A DNA stretch of 64,000 nt from Terriglobia bacterium (GCA_963748015.1 CAVVHE010000004.1:864001-928000); one strand, 5' to 3'; positions 50,004 through 60,652 are shown, counted from the first letter of the stretch. Notes: generated from the letters alone by a model not told the origin. Program-made: numbers and translations.

Positions 50004-50690
50004 ATGAGATCCTTCGCGATCTGGGTAGGATTTTTGTGCGCGTCCGTCGGGAGCTCTCTCGCCGGACAGCGGGTGATCTTCGACGACGGGCGCGCGCTCG
50101 CCGTCAGGAGTTGGGAGATCCGGGCGGGAGAGGCCGTGCTCGATCTCGAGGAAGGGGGCACCCTGAGAGTCCCCGCCGCGCGCATCGCCGGGCAGGAGTG
50201 GTCGCCCGACGCGGCCGTCCCGTCCCACCGCGCAACCGCGGAGCCGGCCGTCGCCCTCGCCGCCGAGCTGCGCCCGGGCGAGCGCTGGCGGGAGATCGCG
50301 GGTCCCTACGCGGAGCTGATCGACGGGGCGGCGAGGCGCAACGGGATCGATCCGGCCCTGCTCACGGCGGTGGTCAAGATCGAATCCAACTTCGACCCGT
50401 TCGCGGTGTCCTATCGCGGGGCCTGCGGCCTGGGCCAGCTCATCCCGGCGACGGCGCGGAGGTTCGAGACGAACGACGTCTTCGACCCCGGGCAAAACCT
50501 CGAGGGAAGCGCGCGGTACCTGCGCTGGCTCCTCGACCGCTTCGGCGGCCGGACGGACCTGGCGCTCGCGGGCTACAACGCGGGCGAGGGCGCGGTGGAC
50601 CGGTACGGCGCGATCCCTCCCTTCAGGGAGACCCTGTCCTACGTGGTGAAGGTCCTCGATCGAGCGACCCGCCTCGCGACCGAGCGCTGA
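50004..50690 (+). CDS. SLT-domain lytic transglycosylase, exported
   Basis: AVVKIESNFDP.AVS..GA.GLGQLIP.TA, ALAGYNAGEGAV..Y..IPPF.ET..YV. Confidence 0.93.
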   Translation: MRSFAIWVGFLCASVGSSLAGQRVIFDDGRALAVRSWEIRAGEAVLDLEEGGTLRVPAARIAGQEWSPDAAVPSHRATAEPAVALAAELRPGERWREIAGPYAELIDGAARRNGIDPALLTAVVKIESNFDPFAVSYRGACGLGQLIPATARRFETNDVFDPGQNLEGSARYLRWLLDRFGGRTDLALAGYNAGEGAVDRYGAIPPFRETLSYVVKVLDRATRLATER

Positions 50691-50696
50691 TCCGGG

Positions 50697-52150
50697 CTAG
50701 GGACGATCCCTGTCGATCGTCCCGCGCAGGAGCCGCCGGATCGAGGGAAGAACCGGATCGGCCGCGAACGACGGGGCCGATCCCGATCCCTCGAGGATCC
50801 ACAGATTCCCCTCCTTGCTGAGCGTCGCGCGGGTAGGTCCCGAGCGCGCGAGCGCGCCCGGAGCGTCGCCGCCCACGATCCTCTCCCACTGCTCGGTGAG
50901 GGACGCCGAACGGCTCACCGCCCGCCACGATCCCCGCTCCAGGGCGGCGATCTCGTCCCGCAGGCCGGCCGTGGCACGCCGGGCCGGCGCTCGAAGCCGG
51001 TCGATCGCGTCCGCGATGTCGGCGCTTCGCAGAGCCAGCAACAGCAGCCCTCCGTCCACCGCGGCCGCGGGCTCGATCCCCGGGGAGCGGGAGCGCCTGG
51101 CCCAGGAGGCGATCGAGACGCCCCGGTAGGGATGCTCGCGAATCGCGCCGCTCAGGACCCCGAGCGCCGCGATGCGATTGAGCGCGCGTCGCGCCCGCTC
51201 GGGATCGGCCAGGTCGAGGGCCACGAAGAGGCGCGGCTCGGAGCCGTTTCCGGTCTCGACGAGCGCGGCGAGGCCGGGGCCCGCCAGGGCCGCCGCCATC
51301 TCCCTCCTGAGCGGGATCCCCAGGAACCTCTCCAGCTGCTCCAGCCTCGTCAGCGCCGGGATCCCGCCCGCCGGGGAATCCGCGCCGCCCGTCTCGGCGA
51401 GGCGACCCGGATCGAGGCGGAACCAGGCGATCGCCGCGGTCGCATCGGGAAGTGCCGCCCAGCCCCGGGCCTCGACCGTCACGGGGCCTGCCGGGTCGAG
51501 CAGGTCGAGAAGACAGCCGGCTCCGCACCGGATCTCCCAGCGCTCCCTCAAACGCCCGCGCTCGATCAGGAGCCGGCCGGCGGCTCTCTGCGGGAGCAGG
51601 GTTTCGAGCTCGGTGTGGGTCCCGGGAGCGGCTCCCCCCAGACGGCGCCGTCCAGCTCGACCTCGATCTCTCCCCGGCGAAGGGGAGGGCCGGGCCCCTT
51701 CCGAGGCGCGTCCCGGCGCGGGAGAAACGAGGCGTCGGAGGCGAGCAGGCTCCACGTCCCCTCGCGCCGCACGCGGGAGGAGGCCGAATCCGCGGCGGCC
51801 TCGGGACGCACGACGATCCAGCCCTTGCGATAGAGGCCCACGGCCGACGGCGCCGTGGGCGGGAGGGCGCTGAAGGGGCTCTGCAGGGACGGCCCCCAAC
51901 GAAGCTCCCGCCGGATCCTGTCGCTCATTGGAGTCCCGGTGAGCTGGCGATAGACGGGAGAATCGCCGAGAGCCGGAATCGTCGCGCCGAGATCCTCCCC
52001 CCGGACGCTGATCAGGAGCCCATGGCTCGGAAGGCGCGACCCGGGATCGGCGGGAGCGGCTCCTCGCTGCCGAAGCCACTCGGCGCCGGCCGCGGCGAGG
52101 ATTCCCGCGGCGAGCAGCGCCGCCACGGCAAGAAGGCCCTCGCGCTTCAC
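50697..52150 (-). CDS. Membrane-anchored hypothetical protein, split by a 1-nt loss in the G6 run at 51634-51639
   Basis: GTG overlaps upstream stop; N-terminal TM; adding one G joins ...LDGAVWG to GAAPGTHTELETLL... Confidence 0.65.
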
Positions 52151-53622
52151 GGTGTTCCCCGGAAGGGAACCGTCAGGTGGAGCCAGGCGGCCTCCCTCTC
52201 GGCGAACCACGGAGCGTCGGCGGCACGCCGGTAGAGCTCGAGCGCGGCCGTTCGCTCGCCCGCTAGGTCGGCCGCGCGCCCCTCGAGCAGCAGGCAGGGC
52301 CCGAGCCAGGCCTTCGGAAGACGCGCGGAAGATCCCGCGCGAGAAAGGAGTGCGCGCGCCGTCGCCGCGCGCCCCACGAGGAGCGCGGCGCGACCGGCCA
52401 GCATCGCGGTGATCGGCTCGTCGGGGGTCTCGGAAGCGAGGGCCTCGAGCTGGTCGGCGGCGCGGGCCTGCTCGCCGGCGCGCTCGAGATCGAGGGACGG
52501 GAGGGCGGTCAACCAGGGATCCGGAGCGGGCTCCGACATCGTCGGACCGTGGGGCGCGGCCCCGAGGCCGAGAACCGCGGCCAGCTCGGGATACCAAGGG
52601 GGCGCCGCCGTGGCGGAGGCCGCGGACCGCGCGATCTCCGCTCCCTCCTTGCGCGCCTCGCGCGTTAGGGCAGAGCGGAGCGGGAGAAGGCGGTGAAGCC
52701 AGGAGAAGGCCAGATCGGGACGAAACATCGCCAGATCGGCCGCCGCCCGCCGCACGAGGAGATTCGCCACGACCGCGCGATCGGTTCTCGGCGATGCGGC
52801 GGCGATCGCGAGCGCCGTGTCGAGCTCGCCGGCGGCCTTCGCGGCATCTCCGAGCGCGATCCGAACGCGCGCCGCGCCGTCGAGCGCCACGACGGAGCGA
52901 GGAGCCGCCGCGGCCGTGAGGTCGGCCTCGGCGAGCGCACCGCCGTACTCTCGCTTCTTCCGGCTCGAGCGCACCCCGAGCAAGAACAGCCGCGCCTCGA
53001 GGGAAAAGGTCCGGCCCTCGCGCGCGGCACGATCCAGGGAGGCCATGCCGCGGTCGTGGTCGCCGGACAATCCCAGGAATGCCCCTAGCCCCTTGGCGAG
53101 CCCGGGAAGGGCGTCCCCCAGCACGTCCACGGTTCCGAGGCCGAAAAGGGCGTCGGCCGCGCCGGAATCGACGCGGTACGCCTCCGAGAGCGCACGGCGG
53201 GCGCGCCGAGCTTCCATCGCCGCGGCGACCGGCCGCTTCTCGCTCGCGCGAAGCTCGGCGAGGAACAGATGGGCGGTGCCGCTCAACAGGAGCGCCTCGG
53301 AGTCGCGCGGCACTTCCGCCAGGCGGGCCCCCGCAGAGGCCAGCGCGGCGTCGAGCCGCCCGTTGAAGGCCGTCCTGAGGTCCGCGTTTTCGCTGTCGTA
53401 GAGGAGGCGCCAGTAGAGAACGAACGCCCGGAGGAAATCGCGATCGGGTCCCGGAGGGAGCGCTCCACCGTCGCCCAGCGCCTCGTCGGCCTCGTCGAAG
53501 CGGCCGTCGTGAAGGAGGCGAAGGACCTGGGTCCGGGACTCGGCGCGGCCGTTTCCCTCCGCTCCCGCGGCGAAGCTCATCGATAGGAGCGCGAAGAGAG
53601 CAGCGAGGGCTCGGCGCAGCAC
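52147..53622 (-). CDS. Exported helical/TPR-like hypothetical protein
   Basis: Signal peptide (LLSMSFAAGA); TPR-like DALFGLG segments. Confidence 0.7.
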   Translation of the reverse strand: MLRRALAALFALLSMSFAAGAEGNGRAESRTQVLRLLHDGRFDEADEALGDGGALPPGPDRDFLRAFVLYWRLLYDSENADLRTAFNGRLDAALASAGARLAEVPRDSEALLLSGTAHLFLAELRASEKRPVAAAMEARRARRALSEAYRVDSGAADALFGLGTVDVLGDALPGLAKGLGAFLGLSGDHDRGMASLDRAAREGRTFSLEARLFLLGVRSSRKKREYGGALAEADLTAAAAPRSVVALDGAARVRIALGDAAKAAGELDTALAIAAASPRTDRAVVANLLVRRAAADLAMFRPDLAFSWLHRLLPLRSALTREARKEGAEIARSAASATAAPPWYPELAAVLGLGAAPHGPTMSEPAPDPWLTALPSLDLERAGEQARAADQLEALASETPDEPITAMLAGRAALLVGRAATARALLSRAGSSARLPKAWLGPCLLLEGRAADLAGERTAALELYRRAADAPWFAEREAAWLHLTVPFRGTP

Positions 53623-53726
53623 GACTTCCCTTTCTCGGCGACGTACCTATATTGTATCGGTGACCATTATAGGGACCGTTTCGCCTCGCGGGGCGGCGAG
53701 TCCCCGGGCAGGAGACCGCAGAGGGG

Positions 53727-55223
53727 ATGCCGGGACATTTCAGCAGCCACCGCCTCGCCGAGATCTTCCGAGATCTTTACCTCCGGGAGCGCTCCGGGGT
53801 GCTGCACCTCGAGCGCGACGGGGCCGAGAAGCGGATCTACTTCGACCGGGGGATGATCCTGTTCGCCGAGTCGAGCGCGGAGGACGAAGACCTCGGCCGC
53901 AGGCTCGTCAGCGAAGGGAAGATCTCCTCGGGCGCGCTGGCCGAGGCGCGGCGGAGCATCAGCGAGCCGAAGGACCTCGCGCAGGCGCTGGTCAATCGCG
54001 GGCTGATCGGGAAGGAGACCCTTTCCCACACGGTCCGGTTCATGGTCGAGCGCATCGTCCAGCTCGTCTTCAAGTGGGAGGGAGGCTCCTCGAAGTTCAA
54101 CGAGGGCTGGCTCCTGCAGGAGATCTTCGAGAGCGACATCCTGAGCACGTTCGAGGTGATCCTCAAGGGGATCGGCGGCATGGTCGGCTTCGAGCCGATA
54201 CGCGACGCCCTCCGGGGGCTCGACAACCGCCTCCGGATCCGCGTGCCTCCTCCGGTACCGCTCGAGCGGCTGGCACTCTCGCCGGCTCACGGGTTCATCC
54301 TCTCCCGGGTGGACGGCACCAGCTCGCTGAACGACATCCTCTCGATCCTGCCGCAAGGCGAGGAGGACCTGGCCTGCAGGTTCCTCTACGGTCTGCTGGT
54401 CATGGGCGTGGTGGCGCACGAGCCGCCGGTGGGGGAGGGGCCGTTCCAGCTCGCCACGATCCTGCGAGACCACGCCGACGGGGTCGCACTCGAGACGGTG
54501 CAGGAGAAGACCGTCCTGCAGGCGTACGAGAATCTGAGGGGCAAGACCCCCCACCAGATCCTCGGCGTCGCGCCGAACGCCTCGCGGGAGTTCATCGAGG
54601 CGGCCTACCAGGAGACCAAGGAGCAGTTCGGCCGGGACAGGCTGCTCCCGAGAGTCCGCGAAAAGCTCCGCTCGGAGCTGGCGGTGATCGACAGCCGGCT
54701 GGTCGAAGCCTTCCTGACGCTCTGCCAGGCTCGCGCGGGGGACGCCGGCTCCCGTCCGGAGGAAGCGGCCGCCGCCGACACGAGGCAACCCATCGGGGTC
54801 TCGGACCTGCTGGTTCGCGTCGAGATGGACAAGACGCACGCCAAGAAGGTGATCGAGGAGAACGCGAAGGTCGCCGACACGTACTTCTCGAAGGCGCGGA
54901 AGTACATGCGCGAAGCCGATTACCACAACGCCATCCAGTACGCGAAGCTGGCCGTCTCGTACTGCCCCGAGGACGCCCGCTTCTATTTCCTGATGGGGGA
55001 GTGCCAGATCCGGAATCCGGAGCCCCGCTGGCAGCGCATGGCCGAGCAGAACTACCTCAAGGCCACCGAGCTCGACCCCTGGAATGCCGACTACCGGGTG
55101 AGCCTGGGACGCTTCTACAAGAGGCGCGGACTGAAGCTTCGCGCGCGCAAGCAGTTCGAGCAGGCCCTCGAGACCGTGCCGAGCCACGAGGCCGCGCTGA
55201 AGGAGATCGAGAGCCTCGGCTGA
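53727..55223 (+). CDS. DUF4388-like N-domain + degenerate J domain + TPR protein
   Basis: L.EIFRDLY..ERSGVL.L....EKRIYFDRG.I.FA.S; PHQILGV...AS...I..AY; C-terminal TPRs. Confidence 0.8.
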   Translation: MPGHFSSHRLAEIFRDLYLRERSGVLHLERDGAEKRIYFDRGMILFAESSAEDEDLGRRLVSEGKISSGALAEARRSISEPKDLAQALVNRGLIGKETLSHTVRFMVERIVQLVFKWEGGSSKFNEGWLLQEIFESDILSTFEVILKGIGGMVGFEPIRDALRGLDNRLRIRVPPPVPLERLALSPAHGFILSRVDGTSSLNDILSILPQGEEDLACRFLYGLLVMGVVAHEPPVGEGPFQLATILRDHADGVALETVQEKTVLQAYENLRGKTPHQILGVAPNASREFIEAAYQETKEQFGRDRLLPRVREKLRSELAVIDSRLVEAFLTLCQARAGDAGSRPEEAAAADTRQPIGVSDLLVRVEMDKTHAKKVIEENAKVADTYFSKARKYMREADYHNAIQYAKLAVSYCPEDARFYFLMGECQIRNPEPRWQRMAEQNYLKATELDPWNADYRVSLGRFYKRRGLKLRARKQFEQALETVPSHEAALKEIESLG

Positions 55224-55275
55224 GACCCGCGCCGAGGTCCTACCGCTCCGTCTCCAGGCGCGCACCGCCTCGCGC

Positions 55276-55303
55276 TTGACACCCCCTCCCTCGATGCTAT
55301 AAT
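55276..55303 (+). promoter_or_regulatory. Consensus sigma70 promoter of the yceD-rpmF-fab operon
   Basis: TTGACA, 16 nt spacer, TATAAT, extended TG, GC-rich discriminator CCGCGC. Confidence 0.85.
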
Positions 55304-55324
55304 CCGCGCTTTGTCGGAACGAAG

Positions 55325-55846
55325 ATGTTCATTGATATTAACGAGATAGAGCGTGACGGGATCGCCTTCGACCGTCGGCTCGACCTTTCCGGAGTGATCG
55401 TGCCGGGCCCGGACCTGCTCCGGGTCAAGAGCGCGAGGATGGAGGGGCGGGCGGAACGGGGCGAGCAGGGGGTGGTCTTGAGAGCGCGCATGGACGCGAA
55501 GGTGGAGCTCGCGTGCGGACGCTGCACCGAGCCGTTCGACGTGGACCTCGCCCTGCGGTTCGAGCTCACCCTGGTTCCGGACGCCGCGGAGTTCGCGGCC
55601 GGAGAAGCGAGGATCGGCGAAGACGACGCCTCCCTCTTCTACACGCGAGAAGGGAAGGCGGAACTGACCCAGATCGCGGCCGAGCAAATCTATCTCAACC
55701 TTCCCCTGAAACCGGTTTGCCAGAACGGCTGCAAGGGGCTGTGCCCCAACTGCGGGGCCAACAGAAACGTGACCGAGTGCGGTTGCACGGGCGAGAGCAT
55801 CGACCCTCGTCTGGCGCCGCTGCTTCAGTTCAAGAAACGGCGTTAG
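55325..55846 (+). CDS. yceD: YceD/DUF177 family protein
   Basis: CGRC.EP, EQIYLNLPLKPVC...CKGLCPNCG.N, IDPRLA.L; upstream of rpmF. Confidence 0.92.
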   Translation: MFIDINEIERDGIAFDRRLDLSGVIVPGPDLLRVKSARMEGRAERGEQGVVLRARMDAKVELACGRCTEPFDVDLALRFELTLVPDAAEFAAGEARIGEDDASLFYTREGKAELTQIAAEQIYLNLPLKPVCQNGCKGLCPNCGANRNVTECGCTGESIDPRLAPLLQFKKRR

Positions 55847-55908
55847 CGCTTCCGACCCGCCCGGCCCGAAAGCCGGCAGCGGGAACGTGACCGCCGGCGG
55901 GAACGAAG

Positions 55909-56091
55909 ATGCCGAATCCAAAGAGACGCCACTCCAGAGCGCGCCGCGACAAGCGGCGCACCCACGACGCGCTGGCGGAAACCGGACTGTCCGTCTGTCC
56001 GAACTGCCACGAGAAGAAGCTCCCGCACCGGGTGTGCCCGCATTGCGGCTACTACAAGGGCCGCGAGGTGGTCGAGCCACCCGAGGCGTAG
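55909..56091 (+). CDS. rpmF: 50S ribosomal protein L32
   Basis: [36 protein letters not shown]. Confidence 0.97.
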   Translation: MPNPKRRHSRARRDKRRTHDALAETGLSVCPNCHEKKLPHRVCPHCGYYKGREVVEPPEA

Positions 56092-56315
56092 CGCGTGCCC
56101 GGGCTCCCGGGGACGGCCATCGTCGCGCGAGTGCAACCGAGAGGTGGCGGGCGGAACCGTTTGCCGCCACCCGCGTCCTACCGCTTGAGGTATGATCCGC
56201 GCGATCGTCGTCGCGAAGGGCCCGTTCGTGGAATCGCCACGCCGGGACACGACGCGAGAAGGGTTTCAGTGCGGCGCCCGCCGTCTTGCCGGGGGCGCGA
56301 CATCGGAGGGGGTGC

Positions 56316-57302
56316 ATGTCCTCTCGCAGCGCGGTGATCTCCGGGACGGGGATGAGCGTGCCGTCGCGGGTCGTCACCAACGCCGACCTCGAGAAGATCG
56401 TCGACACCAGCGACGAGTGGATCGTGACGCGCACCGGAATCCGGGAGCGCCACGTCGCCGCCGACGACGAGTACATGTCGCAGTTCGCCACCGAGGCGGC
56501 CCGGAAGGCGCTCGAGGCGGCATCGGTGGACGCGGCCGACGTCGATCTCGTGATCTGCGCCACCGTGACCCCCGACATGCCGATCCCGGCGACCTCCTGC
56601 ACGATTCAGCACCGTCTCGGCTGCCGCAAGGCCGCGGCGTTCGACATCCAGGCGGGCTGCTCGGGATTCATCTACGCGCAGTCGATCGCGAAGCAGTTTC
56701 TGCTCACCTCGAGGTACCGGCACGTTCTCGTGATCGGAGCCGAGCTCCTGACCAAGTACCTCGACTGGAGCGATCGGGGAACCTGCGTGATCTTCGCCGA
56801 TGGGGCGGGGGCCACGCTGATGAGCGCCGGGGAGCCTCCCAGGGGCGTTCTCGCCTCGGTGCTCCACACCGACGGGAGCATGCTCGACTTCATCACCCTC
56901 GAGGGCGGGGGGAGCATGCATCCCCCCACCGAGGCGACCGTCAAGAACCGCCAGCACTACATCCGGATGAAGGGGAACGAGACCTTCAAGATCGCGGTCA
57001 GGATGATCGAGGAGGTCTCGCGCGAAGCGCTCGATCTCGCGGGGCTGAAACCTTCGGACGTCGACTGGTTCATCCCGCACCAGGCGAATCTCCGCATCAT
57101 CGACGCGGTAGGAAAGCGGCTCGGGATCTCGGACGAGCGCTGCTACGTCAACATCGACCGGTACGGCAACACCTCGGCGGCCTCGATTCCGATCGCCCTC
57201 GACGAGGTGGTGCGCTCCGGCAAGGTCGAGCAGGGGCAGATCGTCCTCATGGCGGCATTCGGGGCCGGCGTGACCTGGGCGGCGTCGGTGGTGCGCTGGT
57301 GA
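56316..57302 (+). CDS. fabH: Beta-ketoacyl-ACP synthase III
   Basis: DTSDEWIVTRTGI.ER, AGCSGF, FADGAGA, PHQANLRII, YGNTSAASIP. Confidence 0.97.
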   Translation: MSSRSAVISGTGMSVPSRVVTNADLEKIVDTSDEWIVTRTGIRERHVAADDEYMSQFATEAARKALEAASVDAADVDLVICATVTPDMPIPATSCTIQHRLGCRKAAAFDIQAGCSGFIYAQSIAKQFLLTSRYRHVLVIGAELLTKYLDWSDRGTCVIFADGAGATLMSAGEPPRGVLASVLHTDGSMLDFITLEGGGSMHPPTEATVKNRQHYIRMKGNETFKIAVRMIEEVSREALDLAGLKPSDVDWFIPHQANLRIIDAVGKRLGISDERCYVNIDRYGNTSAASIPIALDEVVRSGKVEQGQIVLMAAFGAGVTWAASVVRW

Positions 57303-58240
57303 GGCCGGTCGCGTTCCTGTTTCCCGGCCAGGGATCCCAGTCGCCGGGAATGGGGAGGGCGCTCGCCTCCGCGTGGCCGGAGTGCGCCGAGGTCTTTCGG
57401 GCGGCGGACGAGGCCCTCGGCACGCCGATCTCGCGGATCTGCTTCGAGGGGACGGAAGCCGAGCTCGCCCGCACCGAGAACACCCAGCCCGCGATACTCA
57501 CCGTGTCGGTGGCGGCGCTCACGGCCCTGAGACGATTCGGGATCCGGCCGGCCGCGGCCGCGGGGCACAGTCTCGGCGAGTATTCCGCGCACGTCGCCGC
57601 CGGGACCCTGGCGTTCGAGGACGCGGTCCGGGCGGTGAGGCTCCGGGGCCGCTTCATGCAAGAGGCCGTCCCCGAGGGGCGCGGGGCCATGGCGGCGATC
57701 CTCGGGATCGAGCCGGCCGATCTCGAGCGCGTCTGCCGCGATAGCGCGGAGGATGAGGTGGTCTCCCCCGCGAATTTCAACGGCCCGGGGCAGGTGGTCA
57801 TCGCGGGACACGCAGGAGCGGTGGAGCGGGCCGGGAAACGGGCGATCGAGGCCGGAGCGCGGAAGGCGATCCCGCTCTCCGTGAGCGCCCCGTTCCACTG
57901 CGCGCTCATGGAGCCCGCCCGCCTCAGGCTGTCGCCGGTCCTCGGCGACATCGAGTTCCACGACCCGGCCGTTCCCGTCTACACGAACGTGGACGCGGCG
58001 CCGGTCACGACCGGCGGCGGGGCGCGGGCGGCGTTACTGCGGCAGGTCGCCTCGCCGGTGCGCTGGGAAGAGCTCGTCCTCGGCATGCTCGACGCGGGCT
58101 TCGACACGTTCGTCGAGGTCGGGCCGGGCAACGTGCTCGCGGGGTTGCTCCGGCGTATCCGTCGTGACGCGCGCGTGATGCCGGCGTCCGAGCCGGCCGA
58201 GATCGAGGCGGTGGCGAAAGAGCTGGGAGGCGTCGCATGA
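57299..58240 (+). CDS. fabD: Malonyl-CoA:ACP transacylase
   Basis: FPGQGSQ, TQPAI, GHSLGEY, VSAPFHC.LM, EVGPG. Confidence 0.97.
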   Translation: MRPVAFLFPGQGSQSPGMGRALASAWPECAEVFRAADEALGTPISRICFEGTEAELARTENTQPAILTVSVAALTALRRFGIRPAAAAGHSLGEYSAHVAAGTLAFEDAVRAVRLRGRFMQEAVPEGRGAMAAILGIEPADLERVCRDSAEDEVVSPANFNGPGQVVIAGHAGAVERAGKRAIEAGARKAIPLSVSAPFHCALMEPARLRLSPVLGDIEFHDPAVPVYTNVDAAPVTTGGGARAALLRQVASPVRWEELVLGMLDAGFDTFVEVGPGNVLAGLLRRIRRDARVMPASEPAEIEAVAKELGGVA

Positions 58241-58968
58241 GCGGCTCGTTCGAAGGAAAGGTCGCGCTCGTCACGGGCGCCGGGCGGGGCATCGGTCGCG
58301 CGATCGCGGTTCGCCTGGCCGCGGAAGGGGCCAGGGTGGTCGCAACGGATCTCCGGTTCGAGGAGGGGGCGCGGGAGGAGGCGAGCGGGGCGATCCGCAA
58401 CGTCGTCATGGACATCACGGACGACGCGGCGGTCGAGAGCGGCGTCCAGGACCTCCTGAAAGACTATGGTACAATCCCGCTCCTCGTGAACAACGCGGGA
58501 ATCACCCGCGACAACCTCCTGCTCCGGATGAAGAAGGATGAGTGGGACGCGGTGATCGCCACGAACCTCACGGGGACCTATCGTCTCTGCCGGACGCTCA
58601 TCCCCTCGATGGTGCGCGCCCGGTACGGCAGGATCGTGAACGTCTCGTCGGTCGTGGCCCGGCTGGGAAACGCCGGCCAGGCCAATTACGCCGCGGCGAA
58701 GGCGGGGGTGGAGGGGCTCACGAGGACCCTCGCCCGCGAGTTCGCCTCGAGGAACATCACGGTGAACTGCGTCGCGCCGGGATTCATCGACACCGCGATG
58801 ACCAAGGGTTTGAGCGAAGAGGCCCGCTCCCGGCTCATGGACCTCGTCCCGCTCAAGCGGCTCGGCACGCCGGAGGACGTCGCTTCGGGGGTCCTCTTCC
58901 TGCTCGGCGATCCTTCCTCGTATATCACGGGAACCACCCTTTACATCAACGGCGGCATGTACATGTAG
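58237..58968 (+). CDS. fabG: 3-oxoacyl-ACP reductase
   Basis: TGAGRGIG, NNAGITRD, GQANYAAAKAG, VAPGFI.T.MT. Confidence 0.96.
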   Translation: MSGSFEGKVALVTGAGRGIGRAIAVRLAAEGARVVATDLRFEEGAREEASGAIRNVVMDITDDAAVESGVQDLLKDYGTIPLLVNNAGITRDNLLLRMKKDEWDAVIATNLTGTYRLCRTLIPSMVRARYGRIVNVSSVVARLGNAGQANYAAAKAGVEGLTRTLAREFASRNITVNCVAPGFIDTAMTKGLSEEARSRLMDLVPLKRLGTPEDVASGVLFLLGDPSSYITGTTLYINGGMYM

Positions 58969-59034
58969 GCGGAGCGGCCGCCGCGCGGATGCGTTCGCGC
59001 CGCGGCCCCAAGCACCCCACGGAGGTTGCGAGCG

Positions 59035-59274
59035 ATGGCTTCGGTCGAGGAAAAAGTCAAGAGAATCATCGTGGACCAGCTCGGGGTCGACGAGGACGAG
59101 GTCAAGCCCGAGTCCTCTTTCGTCGACGACCTCGGCGCCGATTCGCTGGACGTGGTCGAACTCGTCATGGCCCTCGAGGAGGAGTTCGGCCTCGAGATCA
59201 ACGACGAGGACGCCGAGAAGATCTCCAACGTGAAGCAGGCGATCGACTACATCTCGAGCCACGCCAAACCCTGA
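59035..59274 (+). CDS. acpP: Acyl carrier protein
   Basis: [29 protein letters not shown]. Confidence 0.98.
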   Translation: MASVEEKVKRIIVDQLGVDEDEVKPESSFVDDLGADSLDVVELVMALEEEFGLEINDEDAEKISNVKQAIDYISSHAKP

Positions 59275-59410
59275 TCGCGCGGCGATCGCCCGACGGCACG
59301 CCGGGGCACCTCAGGGGGTGCCGCGGGATTGAGGGAGCGCGCGGCCGCGTGGTGCCGGAACCCTTGTTCCGGTCCTCAGGCCGTCGAGGCGCGTTCCGCG
59401 GAGCCGTTTC

Positions 59411-60652
59411 ATGAGACGAAGGGTCGTCATCACCGGCGTGGGCATCGTTTCGCCGCTCGGCCTCGATGCGCCTTCCACGTGGGGGGCGCTTCTCGACGGG
59501 AGGAGCGGCATCGGGCCGATCACCCGTTTCGACGCGTCGGCCTATCCGTGCCGCATCGCCGGCGAAGTTCGCGGGTTCGACCCGGAGAAGTTCATCGACC
59601 GGAAAGAAGCCCGCAAGATGGACACCTTCATCCACTACGCGATCTCGGCGTCGAAGGAGGCCATCGATGCCGGGGGTCTCGTCATCGACGAGAAGAACGC
59701 GGAGGCGGTGGGGGTCTTCATCGGCTCCGGCATAGGCGGCTTGCCGCTGCTCGAGCGGACGCACCAGGAACTGCTCGAGCGCGGCCCTCGGCGCATCTCG
59801 CCGTTCTTCATCCCGGGGATGATCTCCAACCTCGCCGCCGGGCAGGTGTCGATCCTCTTCGGCGCCAAGGGGCCCAACCTCGCGGTGGTCACCGCGTGCG
59901 CCACCGGCACCCACGCGGTGGGCGAGTCCTTCCGCCTCATCCGCGACGGCTACGCCGACGCGATGATCACGGGCGGGACCGAGGCCGTGATCTGCCCCCT
60001 CGCCGTCGGCGGGTTCTGCGCGATGAAGGCCCTCTCGACACGGAACGACGAGCCCGAGAAGGCGAGTCGGCCGTTCGACGCGGAGCGCGACGGGTTCGTG
60101 ATGGGGGAAGGGGCGGGAGTCCTCCTCCTCGAGGAGCGGGAGATCGCGCTCGCTCGAGGCGCGCCGATCGTGGCGGAAGTCGTCGGATATGGCTTGAGCG
60201 GCGACGCGTACCACATCTCCGCGCCGTCGGAGGACGGCGACGGAGCCGCGCGCAGCATGGCGCAGGCCCTTCGAGACGCGGCGATGCCCGCCGATCAGGT
60301 GGACTACATCAACGCCCACGGCACCTCGACCCCCGCGGGGGACCGCATCGAGGTGCTCGCGGTCAAGACCGTGTTCGGAGCGCATGCGAGGCGGCTCGCG
60401 ATCTCCTCCACGAAATCGATGACCGGCCATCTCCTCGGGGCGGCGGGAGGTCTCGAGACCGCCGTGGCGGCGCTCGCGATCCGGGACCAGCGCGTCCCTC
60501 CCACGATCAACCAGACCGCTCCCGATCCCGAGTGCGATCTCGATTTCGTCCCGAACGCCGCGCGCTCGATGACGGTGCGGGCGGTGATGAGCAACTCCTT
60601 CGGTTTCGGCGGCACCAACGCGACGATCCTGCTGGCGAGGCACGAGGCCTGA
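59411..60652 (+). CDS. fabF: Beta-ketoacyl-ACP synthase II
   Basis: RRVVITG.G, TACATG, RDGFVMGEG, NAHGTST, KSMTGHLLGAAG, SNSFGFGG.N. Confidence 0.97.
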   Translation: MRRRVVITGVGIVSPLGLDAPSTWGALLDGRSGIGPITRFDASAYPCRIAGEVRGFDPEKFIDRKEARKMDTFIHYAISASKEAIDAGGLVIDEKNAEAVGVFIGSGIGGLPLLERTHQELLERGPRRISPFFIPGMISNLAAGQVSILFGAKGPNLAVVTACATGTHAVGESFRLIRDGYADAMITGGTEAVICPLAVGGFCAMKALSTRNDEPEKASRPFDAERDGFVMGEGAGVLLLEEREIALARGAPIVAEVVGYGLSGDAYHISAPSEDGDGAARSMAQALRDAAMPADQVDYINAHGTSTPAGDRIEVLAVKTVFGAHARRLAISSTKSMTGHLLGAAGGLETAVAALAIRDQRVPPTINQTAPDPECDLDFVPNAARSMTVRAVMSNSFGFGGTNATILLARHEA

